A DNA stretch of 64,000 nucleotides from Nitrospirota bacterium (GTDB taxonomy: Bacteria; Nitrospirota; Nitrospiria; Nitrospirales; Nitrospiraceae), in the NCBI GenBank assembly GCA_963701855.1, contig CAVPBK010000007.1, forward strand, positions 1 to 64,000, in the 5' to 3' direction. The notes under the pieces were generated by a model. That model had not been told where the DNA came from. It saw only the letters and a list, made by a program, of their open reading frames with translations, and did no database searches. The position numbers were made by a program, and so were the translations under genes. This document shows positions 39,286-49,494 of the stretch, in pieces (positions within the stretch are counted from its first letter, which is position 1; every line of letters begins with the position of its first letter).

Positions 39286-39978
39286 TTATCGATGTGCTGG
39301 GTCGCTCGCGGAGCGAGAGTGCCGTTCGCGGCGGTTGCCGATGACTATCTGTACAAGGGCGGGAACAGTTTGACGGACCATCTCACGGAGGAGACTGCGT
39401 CCGAATTGGATGAAGCCCTTCCTTGCCACACCGAGTTCATCTTGGAGTGTTCGTTCCACCTCGACCCATATCGTTGATCGATCGGTCCGGCCTTGCTCCC
39501 TTCCCTCATAGGCCGCCGCGGAATGGGTATGGAAAGGGTATACTCCGGATTCCCACCGCTCGGGAGCTGATGAGCCACTTATAGGCATCACCGCCGCATC
39601 CGTCACTCCCTGTGGGTAATAGGGAATTACTCCTGTGGTGATTCGCCGGCCTCGACGATAAATAGCGCCCACTGCATAGCCAAGACAGACTGCCGCGCCC
39701 ACGGACATCCACGGGTGGCGTGTTACAGGAACGCGTGGATCGAGGACTTCCTTGGTCACCTGCGCCGTTTCACGCACAGAGGACGTCGTCTTGTCCGCAA
39801 GCTCAGTCATCATCGTCCTGGCATGCCGCATTGTTGATCCGACATGTTCCTCGATGGCTCCAAGCTTTTCTGCAATCGCCACTCTGGTCTGGACGATATC
39901 TCTCATGTCTTGGGCAATACGCCCCACACCGTTATCCATGATCTCCCTCTCTTCCTTAGCACGTTTATGAAGGCTCAC
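39286..39978 (-). CDS. DUF3618-like stress-associated protein
   Basis: IAQDMRDIVQTRVAIAEKLGAIE; RHPWMSVGAAVCLGY. Confidence 0.6.
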   Translation of the reverse strand: MSLHKRAKEEREIMDNGVGRIAQDMRDIVQTRVAIAEKLGAIEEHVGSTMRHARTMMTELADKTTSSVRETAQVTKEVLDPRVPVTRHPWMSVGAAVCLGYAVGAIYRRGRRITTGVIPYYPQGVTDAAVMPISGSSAPERWESGVYPFHTHSAAAYEGREQGRTDRSTIWVEVERTLQDELGVARKGFIQFGRSLLREMVRQTVPALVQIVIGNRRERHSRSASDPAHR

Positions 39979-40042
39979 TCACATGATCGCCCCTCCGCTG
40001 AGAGACCATTGGATATGACGGCGCCAGGCCCTGCTCTGGGAT

Positions 40043-40387
40043 TCAGTGCTTCCAGGATCGAGAGAGCAGATATCCCATTGAGAACCCAATCAAGAGGGCC
40101 TGAAACGGATAGCGACGGATAAGAGATTCTACGTCCTCGACCGCACCCACTATTTCATCCCCTATAAGATAATCTGTAGAGGTCTGGATGCCATCCGAGA
40201 CATTCTTCATCGCGACACGAGCACTCCTTTTCGTTCGGCGCAACGTATCATGTACGGCCTCCGTCGCCGTCTCTACGGTTTGACCGGTCGACCCGACCAA
40301 TACCTCGGCTCGTTCAGTCACGCCCACCACCGGCTGTAAGCCGGACTCTCCGTTTGGTTCTATGTCGTATTCTTTTTCTGACGCCAT
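40043..40387 (-). CDS. ElaB/YqjD/DUF883-like protein
   Basis: C-terminal IRRYPFQALLIGFSMGYLL tail anchor. Confidence 0.65.
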   Translation of the reverse strand: MASEKEYDIEPNGESGLQPVVGVTERAEVLVGSTGQTVETATEAVHDTLRRTKRSARVAMKNVSDGIQTSTDYLIGDEIVGAVEDVESLIRRYPFQALLIGFSMGYLLSRSWKH

Positions 40388-40430
40388 CTGAGACCTTTTT
40401 CTAATCAAGCTGCGAACCCATGCCCCCTCT

Positions 40431-40988
40431 TCAGCCTCCTGGCCTGTAGGAAAGGACTCGACGGATTGCAGAAGCTGTTTCCCGCGCGCTGACAATTACA
40501 GGCACCCCCAGAAGCCAGAGCGTTTTTTGTTCCAAGCTCTGACGCCGCTCGATCACGCGTTTCGTCAGTCGGTCCCAATCCACGTCTGCCTTCTCCGCTT
40601 GACGAAACATCTTCTCCTCCTCCTCTTTGATATGGTACGTGACGTGTTCGCTCAGGGCCGTAAACATGGCATTGTACCTTTCGTCCTCAGGATCCATTTT
40701 CTTGAGCTCTTCGATCAGCACGTGAGCGACATGGTGCTCGGCGAGGGCCTCGTCCGTCAGACTCTGCTCGTCCACGTGTTCCTTCCAGGCAGGGTAAATC
40801 AGCTCCTCTTCGAGTGTTGCGTGGACCTCCAAGACCGCGATCGCCGCCGCCACGATTTTCAGATTCTCATTTGTATTCGTCGATTCGTTAAATTGATCAA
40901 ATAGCCGTTTGATCTTCTGATGGTCTTCGCGGAGCATCAACGTGATGAGGGTTGCCCTGGCATCGATCGTGTTTCCTTGATTCGCCAT
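40431..40988 (-). CDS. Hemerythrin HHE domain protein
   Basis: LREDHQKI, HATLEEELIYP, EALAEHHVA, HIKEEEEKMF. Confidence 0.88.
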   Translation of the reverse strand: MANQGNTIDARATLITLMLREDHQKIKRLFDQFNESTNTNENLKIVAAAIAVLEVHATLEEELIYPAWKEHVDEQSLTDEALAEHHVAHVLIEELKKMDPEDERYNAMFTALSEHVTYHIKEEEEKMFRQAEKADVDWDRLTKRVIERRQSLEQKTLWLLGVPVIVSARETASAIRRVLSYRPGG

Positions 40989-41327
40989 ACATCCTCCTTA
41001 TGTGTGGTTTGCGTTTAACCACTGCTACAATTCACGTGCGCTAGTGTCGTTCGCTGGGCCTCGCCTCGATCGTGGCCGCTTTGTGCACGTTGTTGGCTCA
41101 ATTGCCTCAAGTCCAACGACCTGACGCGAGACCCTTCCGAATAACTCCGTTGAACGGTCTCCAACTTATGATAATGAATACATGAAACTCGTGCCGCGAC
41201 GAACACGAACAGGAAGTGTTGTGAGCGCACAAGGGATCTTTTGTATATCGATCTGGCCCTGTCATCTCAAAAATTTCCCCGTAACCTCCCTGCGAGTCAC
41301 AGTTATGACTAGATGACCGGCAGCGGT

Positions 41328-41345
41328 CTGGTCAGAATTGCTCAG
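41328..41345 (-). promoter_or_regulatory. 18-bp regulon box
   Basis: CTGAGCAATTCTGACCAG; CATAAC 20 nt downstream. Confidence 0.75.
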
Positions 41346-41649
41346 ATAGCAAGTATTGGTTCGGCAGCATCCTGGTGGTGACTACATGCTTGTACGACTG
41401 GAACTGGTTTCTGGGCCGATCTTTTCAACAGGCAGGCGAGATTTTCTGCCGGAGAGTGTGAGCTATGCGTGAGGCTAGATCACGTGTGGTCGCTTGTGGC
41501 GAATAGTCCATGAGACGCCTTCACAATCGACGACAGCCTTTCCCCTGAATCAAAAAAACAGAACGCTCCTCTAAGTCGTCCGGGTGGGCACTCTTAAATA
41601 CTTGAAAGCACTGGACACTTTTGTTTTGCTTTGATAGCGTGCGGCATTA

Positions 41650-43203
41650 ATGGCGCTCTTGATTCAGACAGAGCACAGCGCGGACCCTCTTCCTCTTACG
41701 TGTAAGTCGCGCCCTCGCGTAGCCATGGCTTCCCAAGCTTCAGTGCTTTTCTTCATGTCACTCCTGCTGCTGGTGTCCACTCCCGACATGGCGCTGTCGT
41801 ATACCCAGGGCGATCTCTATCGCCAGGCCAAGGCGTCGACCGTGTTGATTGTGGGTATTAACGATGAATCCAATGCCCTCTCGTTCGGCAGCGGTGTGTT
41901 CATCTCGGAGCAGGGCGTGATCCTGACCAATGCCCACGTGGTGGAAGATTCGACCCGACTCTTTGTCTATATCCGTAATCAAACCATCGATTCCGGGGCA
42001 ACTGTACTTGCGATCGATTCCGACCTCGATCTCGCCGCACTCCGCATCCACACGGACCTTCCGGTTCCGTTCCTTCCGTTGGCGGCGGAGGTTCCAGACG
42101 ACGGCACGCCGACGATTGCGGTCGGATATCCGCGTGTATCAGATGTCTTGCATATGGGGTTGACGCTGCATGCGTCGGTCATTCCGATGACGATTACCGG
42201 TGCAGCCATGGGACGGTCCAGAACGGCAGGGTTGCCGGTACCCTTCGTGCAAACCGTGGGTATGCTGAACGCTGGGAGTAGTGGAGGGCCGCTGGTGGAC
42301 AGCGAGTCCGGTGAGCTTGCGGGGCTGGTCGTACATACGGTGCCCTATATGGAACCGGTCAAGAATGCTGGAGGGGAGCGGCTGGGCGCGGTGATGATGC
42401 GAGCCGGCCTCAGTTATTCCATCCCCGTGTCTCGACTGCGCGAATGGTTGCAGAAGAGCCGCATTCCCTTCCCGACGAAGCAGACGCGTGAGGGTTCTCT
42501 CACCTTTCTAGAGAAGGAGCGCCCAATTCGTGCCTTTCTCACGACCGCGCACCTTCTTCATCTGATGGCGGCAGTTCTGCACCAGGATCGCGATCTCCTG
42601 GATCTCGCCATTAAACATTATGAATCGGCTCTGCAACTCGAACCGGAACGGCCTGACGTGTTACGGAATCTCGGGCTCGCGTTAGCGGCGACGGGGGAGA
42701 CGGACCGGGCACGCGTGACGTATGAGCGGGCCTTTGCCCACACACCGAGCGATCCCGTACTCTTAATGAATATGGGTGAACTCAGATATCGTACGCGCGA
42801 CACCCAGGGCGCGGCAGACCTGTATCGAGCGGCCATTCGGCAAGATGCCTGTTTAGTGCGCGCCTCCTTAGGGTTAGAGGTGGTTCTCCAGGCGCAAGGT
42901 CGAGCGGACGAAGCGAAACAAGTTCTCAAGCGTGCGGCGGCCTGTCCGTCGTATTCGCCCGATGCGGCCTATCACGTGGGCCTTGCGTTGGAGCAACAGG
43001 AGCTGGGACGTGATGCGGTGCAGGTATGGGAGGATGCTCTTAAGCAAGCCGACAGTACCTCTGTCACCGAGCGACCAATTCTCAATAAGATTCGGGAGCG
43101 AATCGTCCAACTTCGTGCCCAACTCACGCTGCAGGACCGAGAGGTCAATGTGGCGCCGGTATCCTCAAGCGCACAATCCTTCGTGCCCAAAGACCCCAAC
43201 TAA
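41650..43203 (+). CDS. Trypsin-like (S1C) serine protease with TPR repeats
   Basis: GSGVFI, LTNAHVV, DLAAL, NAGSSGGPL; C-terminal TPR helices. Confidence 0.88.
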   Translation: MALLIQTEHSADPLPLTCKSRPRVAMASQASVLFFMSLLLLVSTPDMALSYTQGDLYRQAKASTVLIVGINDESNALSFGSGVFISEQGVILTNAHVVEDSTRLFVYIRNQTIDSGATVLAIDSDLDLAALRIHTDLPVPFLPLAAEVPDDGTPTIAVGYPRVSDVLHMGLTLHASVIPMTITGAAMGRSRTAGLPVPFVQTVGMLNAGSSGGPLVDSESGELAGLVVHTVPYMEPVKNAGGERLGAVMMRAGLSYSIPVSRLREWLQKSRIPFPTKQTREGSLTFLEKERPIRAFLTTAHLLHLMAAVLHQDRDLLDLAIKHYESALQLEPERPDVLRNLGLALAATGETDRARVTYERAFAHTPSDPVLLMNMGELRYRTRDTQGAADLYRAAIRQDACLVRASLGLEVVLQAQGRADEAKQVLKRAAACPSYSPDAAYHVGLALEQQELGRDAVQVWEDALKQADSTSVTERPILNKIRERIVQLRAQLTLQDREVNVAPVSSSAQSFVPKDPN

Positions 43204-43273
43204 ATTTCCACTCACCCGCTAGTCTTATTCCAGATCCAATGATTCCGCGAAAAAACTAGGAATTTTCGCCGGC

Positions 43274-43291
43274 CTGGTCAAAATTGCTCAG
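43274..43291 (+). promoter_or_regulatory. 18-bp regulon box (flipped orientation)
   Basis: CTGGTCAAAATTGCTCAG; CATACA 19 nt downstream. Confidence 0.75.
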
Positions 43292-43358
43292 AAAGCAAGA
43301 CTCTGGGGAGCATACAGTTGCATGAATACGTATTTTACATCTAACCCAGGAGGCTTCC

Positions 43359-43781
43359 ATGGTTTCTACTCTCAAAGTCGTCGGTGTCCTGTCTTGCGGT
43401 TTTCTGCTGTGCCTCGGTTTGTCTAACGCGGCGCAAGCAGAGCATGCGCCTGCGTCATCAGACGTTATGAAAACGGACTCCCAAACTGAACGGCAAGGCT
43501 TCAAATCTGATGATGACAAGCAAAAGAACGTGAAGGATGAGAAGGGAAGTCCCGGCGCAGGAGGCGCCAAGACGATCACGGGCGAACTGTTCCGTGTCGA
43601 AGACGGAAACTATTTCGTCAAGGGGAAAGACGGCAAGGAAGTACGGTTGCATACAGATAAAACGACCCAGATGATGGGAGAAATCAAGAAGGGTGATCGT
43701 ATTGAGGCGCAGGTGAACGATCAGAATCACGCGCTGTCGATTCGTTCGGCCCGAGGAACTGATGCCAGTCACGGAAATTAA
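43359..43781 (+). CDS. Secreted small beta-barrel protein (close paralog of 37749-38150)
   Basis: Near-identical protein and upstream region. Confidence 0.8.
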   Translation: MVSTLKVVGVLSCGFLLCLGLSNAAQAEHAPASSDVMKTDSQTERQGFKSDDDKQKNVKDEKGSPGAGGAKTITGELFRVEDGNYFVKGKDGKEVRLHTDKTTQMMGEIKKGDRIEAQVNDQNHALSIRSARGTDASHGN

Positions 43782-43850
43782 CCTGGCCGCGAGTTGAACA
43801 ACTCAGGTCTTGGCAAACCCCACAGAGAGAGATTTCTATCTCCTGACCCG

Positions 43851-43886
43851 CGTTGCTCTTGATGACAGCTGTTGTCAAGAGCAACG
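43851..43886. terminator. Hairpin between convergent genes
   Basis: CGTTGCTCTTGA...TCAAGAGCAACG 12-bp perfect stem. Confidence 0.55.
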
Positions 43887-44291
43887 TCGCGCCATGACGA
43901 CGACCAACCTCCCAGCGCCCGTCACCGAACTGTCATGTCTTCGGGTAGCGACCTGTCGACTCTTCGAGTAATGTCGCGGGAGTGGACAATCTGACCTGGA
44001 TGGACAGGTCAGGAATACGCGGCTCCGAAGCGAAGGCGATCTCGGTACCCTTAAAGTCCTTATCCTTGTGACGGTCCTTACAGGATAACGACTGTCAGGA
44101 GAAATCCGGTGAGTTCCAGCCCAAACCCAAGGAGGGAAAGTATTAATGTGAAGTAGCGCATGGTTGCTCCTGCCTGCTTGATTGTTGAGGATTATGGCCT
44201 GAATCCCATGAAGTTCTTCTCGATTGGATTGGGCCAGCTACGGGCCTGGCCTAATCTCTGTGCCGGAACTTCCACTTTCGTATCCCGGAAC

Positions 44292-44588
44292 CTACATCTT
44301 AGGCTGCACATGTTTAATAGACGCGGCGTGGTTCTTTTCCGTGGCCTGGGCCTCGAGTTTGTCGCCGACCTTGATGGTACCGTCCATGGCAGTGGTCTTG
44401 TCCACATGCAGGCGGATTTCCTTGCCTGCCATGTCCTTCACCACATAAAATTCCCCGTCGATCTTCAGCAGGTCCCCGTTGATCGTCTGGGTGCTTGGCG
44501 CGGCCATGTCACTAGCCGCATATGAGTAGACTGCCATCACGACACCGACGATCATGGCGAACACGAACGGACCGATTAGCTTCTTCAT
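44292..44588 (-). CDS. Secreted small beta-barrel protein (distant paralog)
   Basis: MKKLIGP signal; INGDLLKIDGEFYVVKDMAGKEIRLHVDKTT. Confidence 0.8.
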   Translation of the reverse strand: MKKLIGPFVFAMIVGVVMAVYSYAASDMAAPSTQTINGDLLKIDGEFYVVKDMAGKEIRLHVDKTTAMDGTIKVGDKLEAQATEKNHAASIKHVQPKM

Positions 44589-44678
44589 GGTTGAACCTCC
44601 TTGTAAATGAATGTGGTGCTTGCGATTGCGCCGACCCACTGGCTTTGAAACACAATCAGCGATGCGTTGATCAAAGCC

Positions 44679-45236
44679 TTAGGCCTTCTCCTTCACTGTG
44701 AGATCATTCTTCACCGATTTCACGCCCGGTACAAACCAGGCAGTCCAGGACGCATTGGCACTGGTCATGAGGTCCTTCACTTCGCCGGTCAGCGAGACGA
44801 TCCCCGCATTGGTCTGAACGGCAATATCTGCTTTCTTTAGATCTGCGTTCTTCGAGATCTTGCTTTGGACGCGCGCTGTAATGGCGTCATCCTTCTCCTC
44901 CACCGCTTCGCGCTTGGACGAAGCCACCACTTGTAGATCGTTCTTCACCGTCTTGACGCCGTCGAGCATTTTGGTGATGTCCTCCGCCGCCTGCTTGGCC
45001 GCGTCGGAATCGACCTTGCCGCGGAGCATCACGACGTTCTTCGTGGTCTCGACATCGATTTGCCGCCCCTTGACCCGACCATCGGCAGCGAGGGCGATCT
45101 TGGTTTTCGCCGTGAGCCATGTGTCGTTGATCGGCGTCTTCTCATCAGCCTGGCCCAGCGCGTGCGCCGATCCGGTGATAAATGTCCCACCAATAACCAG
45201 AGCCGTGCAGAGTGTCAGTACATAGCGTGTGTTCAT
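44679..45236 (-). CDS. Dual BON-domain protein (paralog 3)
   Basis: Homologous to 28215-28772. Confidence 0.92.
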   Translation of the reverse strand: MNTRYVLTLCTALVIGGTFITGSAHALGQADEKTPINDTWLTAKTKIALAADGRVKGRQIDVETTKNVVMLRGKVDSDAAKQAAEDITKMLDGVKTVKNDLQVVASSKREAVEEKDDAITARVQSKISKNADLKKADIAVQTNAGIVSLTGEVKDLMTSANASWTAWFVPGVKSVKNDLTVKEKA

Positions 45237-45299
45237 GATTTGCTCCTTAACCGAAACCTAACGGTGTGTCGTCAAACGTCTTTCGTGAACTGCTGCCAT

Positions 45300-45527
45300 T
45301 CAGCGGGACTTCTTCTCCATAGTTTTCGGCTCCGACTTCTCATGCCACGCGTCCGCCCACTTCATGAGCTCGTCTTTTTTATCGCCATATCGTTCCTGAG
45401 CTTTTCCGACGAATTTGTCGTAATTGCCTTCGATCTGCTTCAAATCATCATCGGTGAATTTACCGTACTGCTGTTTCAGTTCGCCCTTGAACTGCATCCA
45501 TCTTCCCTTGAGTTGATCCGCGTTCAT
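45300..45527 (-). CDS. csbD: CsbD-family protein (paralog 3)
   Basis: MNADQLKGRWMQFKGELKQQYGKFTDDDL. Confidence 0.92.
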   Translation of the reverse strand: MNADQLKGRWMQFKGELKQQYGKFTDDDLKQIEGNYDKFVGKAQERYGDKKDELMKWADAWHEKSEPKTMEKKSR

Positions 45528-45621
45528 GATGTCTCCCTCTCCTGTTAGATACGGTGTATTGGCTTTCTCTTCTCTTATTGGCCATTATGTTGGTCAGTAT
45601 GCTTAGAAGACCGGCAACGAT

Positions 45622-45639
45622 CTGGTCAGAATTGCTCAG
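45622..45639 (-). promoter_or_regulatory. 18-bp regulon box plus -10 (CATACT)
   Basis: CTGAGCAATTCTGACCAG; CATACT at 45596-45601, 20 nt downstream. Confidence 0.82.
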
Positions 45640-45899
45640 GTTGGAAGAATTAAAATAGCAGACGGCATGACTCTGCCTTCACGCCAAGATCACCGGTAAT
45701 AAAAGAACCTGGTCGTGGAGGACGACATTGAAGAGGGAGCTGTGCACGTGCCGCCGTTAGTCGATGAAGCACACCCGTTGCCGGAGAGGCTCGACTGGCG
45801 ATGCGCGCCGCAGAGAGGCTAGGTGAACGCCGCGCTGCTCATTGATCCTCTGGCGGGCGACCGGAATGTTGTGTCGAACGCCATATGTTTTACGGATGA

Positions 45900-46151
45900 A
45901 GACCACGGTTGAATGGTGATGTTATTCTCAACCCGTAGAACCCCTTCCACTTGACGCGCGATCTCTTCCGTCCGATTCTTGGCTTGCATTGTCGGCGCTA
46001 CGCCCGTGAGATAGACGATGTTCTCGACTGTTTTGACGCTTATTGAGTCATCGACTTGAGCGGACCCTCCGTTGCAAGATGCGCCTTGACTGATGTCGTG
46101 ATGGCTGTATCGTCGATGTAGTGCCCCGTGGGCTGGGGATTCGATGTACAA
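45900..46151 (-). pseudogene. Single BON-domain gene remnant
   Basis: ISVKTVENIVYLTG...EEIARQVEGVLRVENNITIQ; 5' part disrupted. Confidence 0.6.
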
Positions 46152-46274
46152 CCGATGGTGAGAAATATGGAGACACCTACAGCCATCAGAATGTGTGGAG
46201 TCCGAGTCGTATGAGTCCTTCCTCTGCTCAGGTGAGCGATCTACAGCTTGCCATGATGATTGAGTAGGTCTTAA

Positions 46275-46434
46275 CAGGATGCTGAAAAAGTCCGCCGGAC
46301 TGTCTTGCTCATTTGGTCTGTTCGGTTTGTCCGGTTGAATTGTGGACTAGCCAGATGGACCAGACAGACCGGGGTTGCCCTAGACGGGAGATCCATCGAG
46401 ACTCTCGCGAGCCAGCAAAATTTTCCTCAGCCTG
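46275..46434. mobile_element. MITE with CAGG...CCTG termini and TTAA duplication
   Basis: TTAA-CAGGATGCTGAAAAA ... TTTTCCTCAGCCTG-TTAA; internal hairpin; related end at 26750-26777. Confidence 0.7.
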
Positions 46435-46587
46435 TTAAATCCGACCGGTCAACAACAGAACGACCACGACCAACAGGACCAAGCCTAGCCCGCCGCTGGG
46501 GCCGTAACCCCAGTTCACGCTGTGAGGCCAGGTAGGCAACGCGCCAACAAGGAATAGGATCAGAATGACGAGGATTATGGTGCTCAT
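46435..46587 (-). CDS. DUF3309 small membrane protein (absent from ORF track)
   Basis: MSTIILVILILFLVGALPTWPHSVNWGYGPSGGLGLVLLVVVVLLLTGRI; GGAGG RBS. Confidence 0.9.
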   Translation of the reverse strand: MSTIILVILILFLVGALPTWPHSVNWGYGPSGGLGLVLLVVVVLLLTGRI

Positions 46588-46681
46588 ATTCCACCTCCGC
46601 TTACGTTAATAATATTTTGGCCTGGTACATTGCTTTCAACCACCGGCCCAGCTTTAACCTGACGGTTCCATCTCTTGCAGT

Positions 46682-46836
46682 CTGCTCACAATTCTTCACA
46701 GTATGGTCTCGGGATACTCTATTCATTGGCCTCGCCGAAAGGCGTCCCGACACTCAGGCATCACAAGGACGTTCGCAGTCGGAGGTGGCTCTATTCTGCG
46801 CTGAGCACGAGACGCAGTCTGGTCACAATTGAGCAG
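46682..46836 (-). promoter_or_regulatory. Two regulon boxes upstream of DUF3309 (46682-46699, 46819-46836)
   Basis: GTGAAGAATTGTGAGCAG and CTGCTCAATTGTGACCAG (the latter with CAGAAT 20 nt downstream). Confidence 0.65.
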
Positions 46837-47280
46837 TTTATAAAACTACCAGGACGAATCAGTCCTGTGGCTCGCTTCCTGACAGACGTTGCAGGTGGGA
46901 GGAATCATTGTGGATAGCGCGTGTCCATTTCAGCCTCTTAAAATAAGGTGTGAAACGATGAGATAGTCCTTGTTGCGGATCCACACGGTGGAAACAGGTT
47001 TGATCTTGCTCTGTCGGGTACCCTCGGTCTCGTGATGACCTTCATCAACCTCGACCTTATCTATTGGCACGATTACGCTCGCTCACGTTATTCATATGCC
47101 TTGCATTACAACCGTGGATACGCGCTGCAACGATCTTCGTCCCTTGTCGTTCCAGACGAGATGCGCTTCACGCATTGCGAGAATGTCGTGACGAACTGTC
47201 GTCAATAATGTGAGCGAACAGTCCCTCGCGGCTACGTCCAGTATGCCTTGCTGCCCATTTGCCGCATGAATTATTCCGAC

Positions 47281-47324
47281 CTGAGCAATTGTGAACAGAT
47301 TTCAATCTATCCTCGCGCCATACT
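47281..47324 (+). promoter_or_regulatory. Regulon box plus -10 (CATACT)
   Basis: CTGAGCAATTGTGAACAG-N20-CATACT. Confidence 0.8.
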
Positions 47325-47369
47325 GTTGTTGAGACTTACCATCTGTCTCAGAAAAGAAGGAGGCAACAT

Positions 47370-47583
47370 CATGAGTTGTCGAGTGGCTCGGTTGTCCTCA
47401 GACCTTCTCCGTATAAACTTGGTTTTCTGCTGTGAATGTGGTTCATCCGATCTGGAGATGTGCTCCGCCTCGAAAGCCCTGGGGCCTCATCTGTGCCTGA
47501 CCTGCGCCCAGTCCATGGTCGAGTACGGAGCGTCGAAGGAAACCTGGATGCGATTGCCGATGTGTGGGCAGCCTGTAGCCTGA
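47370..47583 (+). CDS. Small Zn-ribbon-like protein
   Basis: AAGGAGG RBS; CCECG and CLTC. Confidence 0.5.
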
Positions 47584-47646
47584 ACCGGCGCCGTGCCTCC
47601 ATGTGAAACTCAAATATGAGCGATAACGAAGCCAGAAGGAGAGCGT

Positions 47647-47886
47647 ATGGTCTGTGAACGCTGCAGGGGGCTGCTCGTCCATGAAAACTTCGATGATCTG
47701 AGAGAGGAAGTAGGTGCCATGTGTCAAGCAACTCGATGCATCAATTGTGGATATATCGAGGACTCCGTGATGCGTGCCAATCGCCTCCGTCCTCCTGCAG
47801 CAAAACGAGCGGTGCCTCGCAGGATGACTGGGAGGGGAGGAGTCCTGTCCCTAAGACCTCATTCTGAAAGATACCACTCCGTATGA
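47647..47886 (+). CDS. Small Zn-finger protein
   Basis: CERC...CINCG; AAGGAG RBS; paralog of 53849-54037. Confidence 0.7.
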   Translation: MVCERCRGLLVHENFDDLREEVGAMCQATRCINCGYIEDSVMRANRLRPPAAKRAVPRRMTGRGGVLSLRPHSERYHSV

Positions 47887-48113
47887 GCCGAAGGTCTTGC
47901 GGCGGTTGTGTCGCGACGCTTGATGCCCTCCGATTTCTCCTGAGGAGAACATTCTTCCACCGATTTAATCTTGTCTCCCAGGGAGTCTCGATCTGTAACT
48001 CAGGCATGGACAGAGTCTACATCGAGTTCTCAGCTCATAGGTAACAATGACAGGGGGAATCGCCACGCTCGAGATACCCGAACTCTATTTGCAACATAAG
48101 GAAGTATTCAAAG

Positions 48114-48602
48114 ATGATCGACGGAACTGAGATACGAAATGGCCAGGAATCGCACATGCAGCGTGGACAGGGACTGTCCTCCTCTGAGCCTGGTGCGAAG
48201 AGTGCATCGGTGCGCTCACGACCGGGCATTCTGATCTTTTCGCGCAGGCAGCAGTTGCTGCATATGAATCGTCTGGCCTTGGAACTGATGAGCGATTTCA
48301 ATCAGAGCGAGATCGGACCAGTCAACGAAATCCTTTTGGCGCCGGTGCGTGAACTCAGTGTTCAGATCCAAAAGGCCCTGGATAGCCGCAAAGAGGCCAA
48401 CAGCTGGGAAACTTTCGAATTGAAGCGCGTCATCTTTGACGCCGGGCGCAAAATCCTGGTCCGTGGATTCGGGCTGGCGGGCCGGAATTCACACGACGAC
48501 TCAAGCATTGTGATTGTGCTTGAGGAGGTCGGTCTTCGGCAGGAACACCAGCCTCAGCCGACGCCGGACTTCTCTCCACAAAGTCTTCGCGCCAGCCCCT
48601 AG
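48114..48602 (+). CDS. PAS-like domain protein without HTH
   Basis: PGILIFSRRQQLLHMNRLALEL ... ILVRGFGL ... IVIVLEEV PAS-like pattern. Confidence 0.6.
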   Translation: MIDGTEIRNGQESHMQRGQGLSSSEPGAKSASVRSRPGILIFSRRQQLLHMNRLALELMSDFNQSEIGPVNEILLAPVRELSVQIQKALDSRKEANSWETFELKRVIFDAGRKILVRGFGLAGRNSHDDSSIVIVLEEVGLRQEHQPQPTPDFSPQSLRASP

Positions 48603-48752
48603 AAGTCAGCAGGACGCCGATCCAAAGGACGCGGTGAACGCATCGCGGTGAGATTGTTCGGCATGAGTGATTGCACGTCATGACGTGTCGATGCGTTCGA
48701 TCAGGCATGAGTGAAATGACCTCCCATGAAATACTTCGAGAATATCTCCAAG

Positions 48753-48770
48753 CTGAGCAATAGTGATCAG
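48753..48770 (+). promoter_or_regulatory. Regulon box upstream of the RRM gene
   Basis: CTGAGCAATAGTGATCAG-N21-CATACT. Confidence 0.75.
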
Positions 48771-48840
48771 ACGGCTAGTGCTCCTACAGGCATACTGGAT
48801 GTGTACTCGATGACCTGTTATTCACCAGGAGGGATTTTCC

Positions 48841-49257
48841 ATGGGTACGCGTATCCATGTTAGCGGGCTATCCTACTTTTGCACCGATGATAAGCTCCGT
48901 CAGGCCTTCACCCCGTTTGGGACGGTGGGGTTGGCGCACGTTGTCCGGGATGAGTGGGGTCATTCTCTCGGTCTCGGGATCGTGCACATGGCCTGTTCCG
49001 AGGACGTGGAGCGGGTCTTCAATGAGCAGCAGCACTTTGAAATCTCGGGCTCACGTGTGGACCTCTGGGAACCCGCAGAGCCGGAGGAGCCCCAAGCTGA
49101 GCAAATAGTGGTCTATAATCTGCGAGATACGTCAGCTACACAGACAGGCCAAGACGTGGGACATGAGAAGAGCCAGAAGGCACTCAGGTCCTTGGCGGTG
49201 TTCTGGCGTCGTCTCGTCCAGCCGCTGATAGCCTGTGCCAGGACCGTCAAACACTAA
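48841..49257 (+). CDS. RRM RNA-binding protein (degenerate RNP1)
   Basis: IHVSGL, LRQAFTPFGTV, VVRDEWGHSLGLGIVHM. Confidence 0.75.
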   Translation: MGTRIHVSGLSYFCTDDKLRQAFTPFGTVGLAHVVRDEWGHSLGLGIVHMACSEDVERVFNEQQHFEISGSRVDLWEPAEPEEPQAEQIVVYNLRDTSATQTGQDVGHEKSQKALRSLAVFWRRLVQPLIACARTVKH

Positions 49258-49476
49258 CGTTCGCTACAGCCGGCGCCCGCATGCCTCTCCACATCTCGGG
49301 ATACGGTCCCTGGGCAGTTTGCGGCTTTTCTCGTAGCCACATGCACAATTGCCATATTCGTCGGCTCTGTTCTCTTTTGCGAAGAGAAGATCGGCTTGAA
49401 CGGCAGTAGGTTCACTCCTTCGCGCAGAGTCAGCGCCACGCGACCGGCCTTCATCCATTCAGTTCATTCAATCACG

Positions 49477-49494
49477 CTGAGCACTTTTGACCAG
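49477..49494 (+). promoter_or_regulatory. Regulon box
   Basis: CTGAGCACTTTTGACCAG-N20-CAGAGT. Confidence 0.7.
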
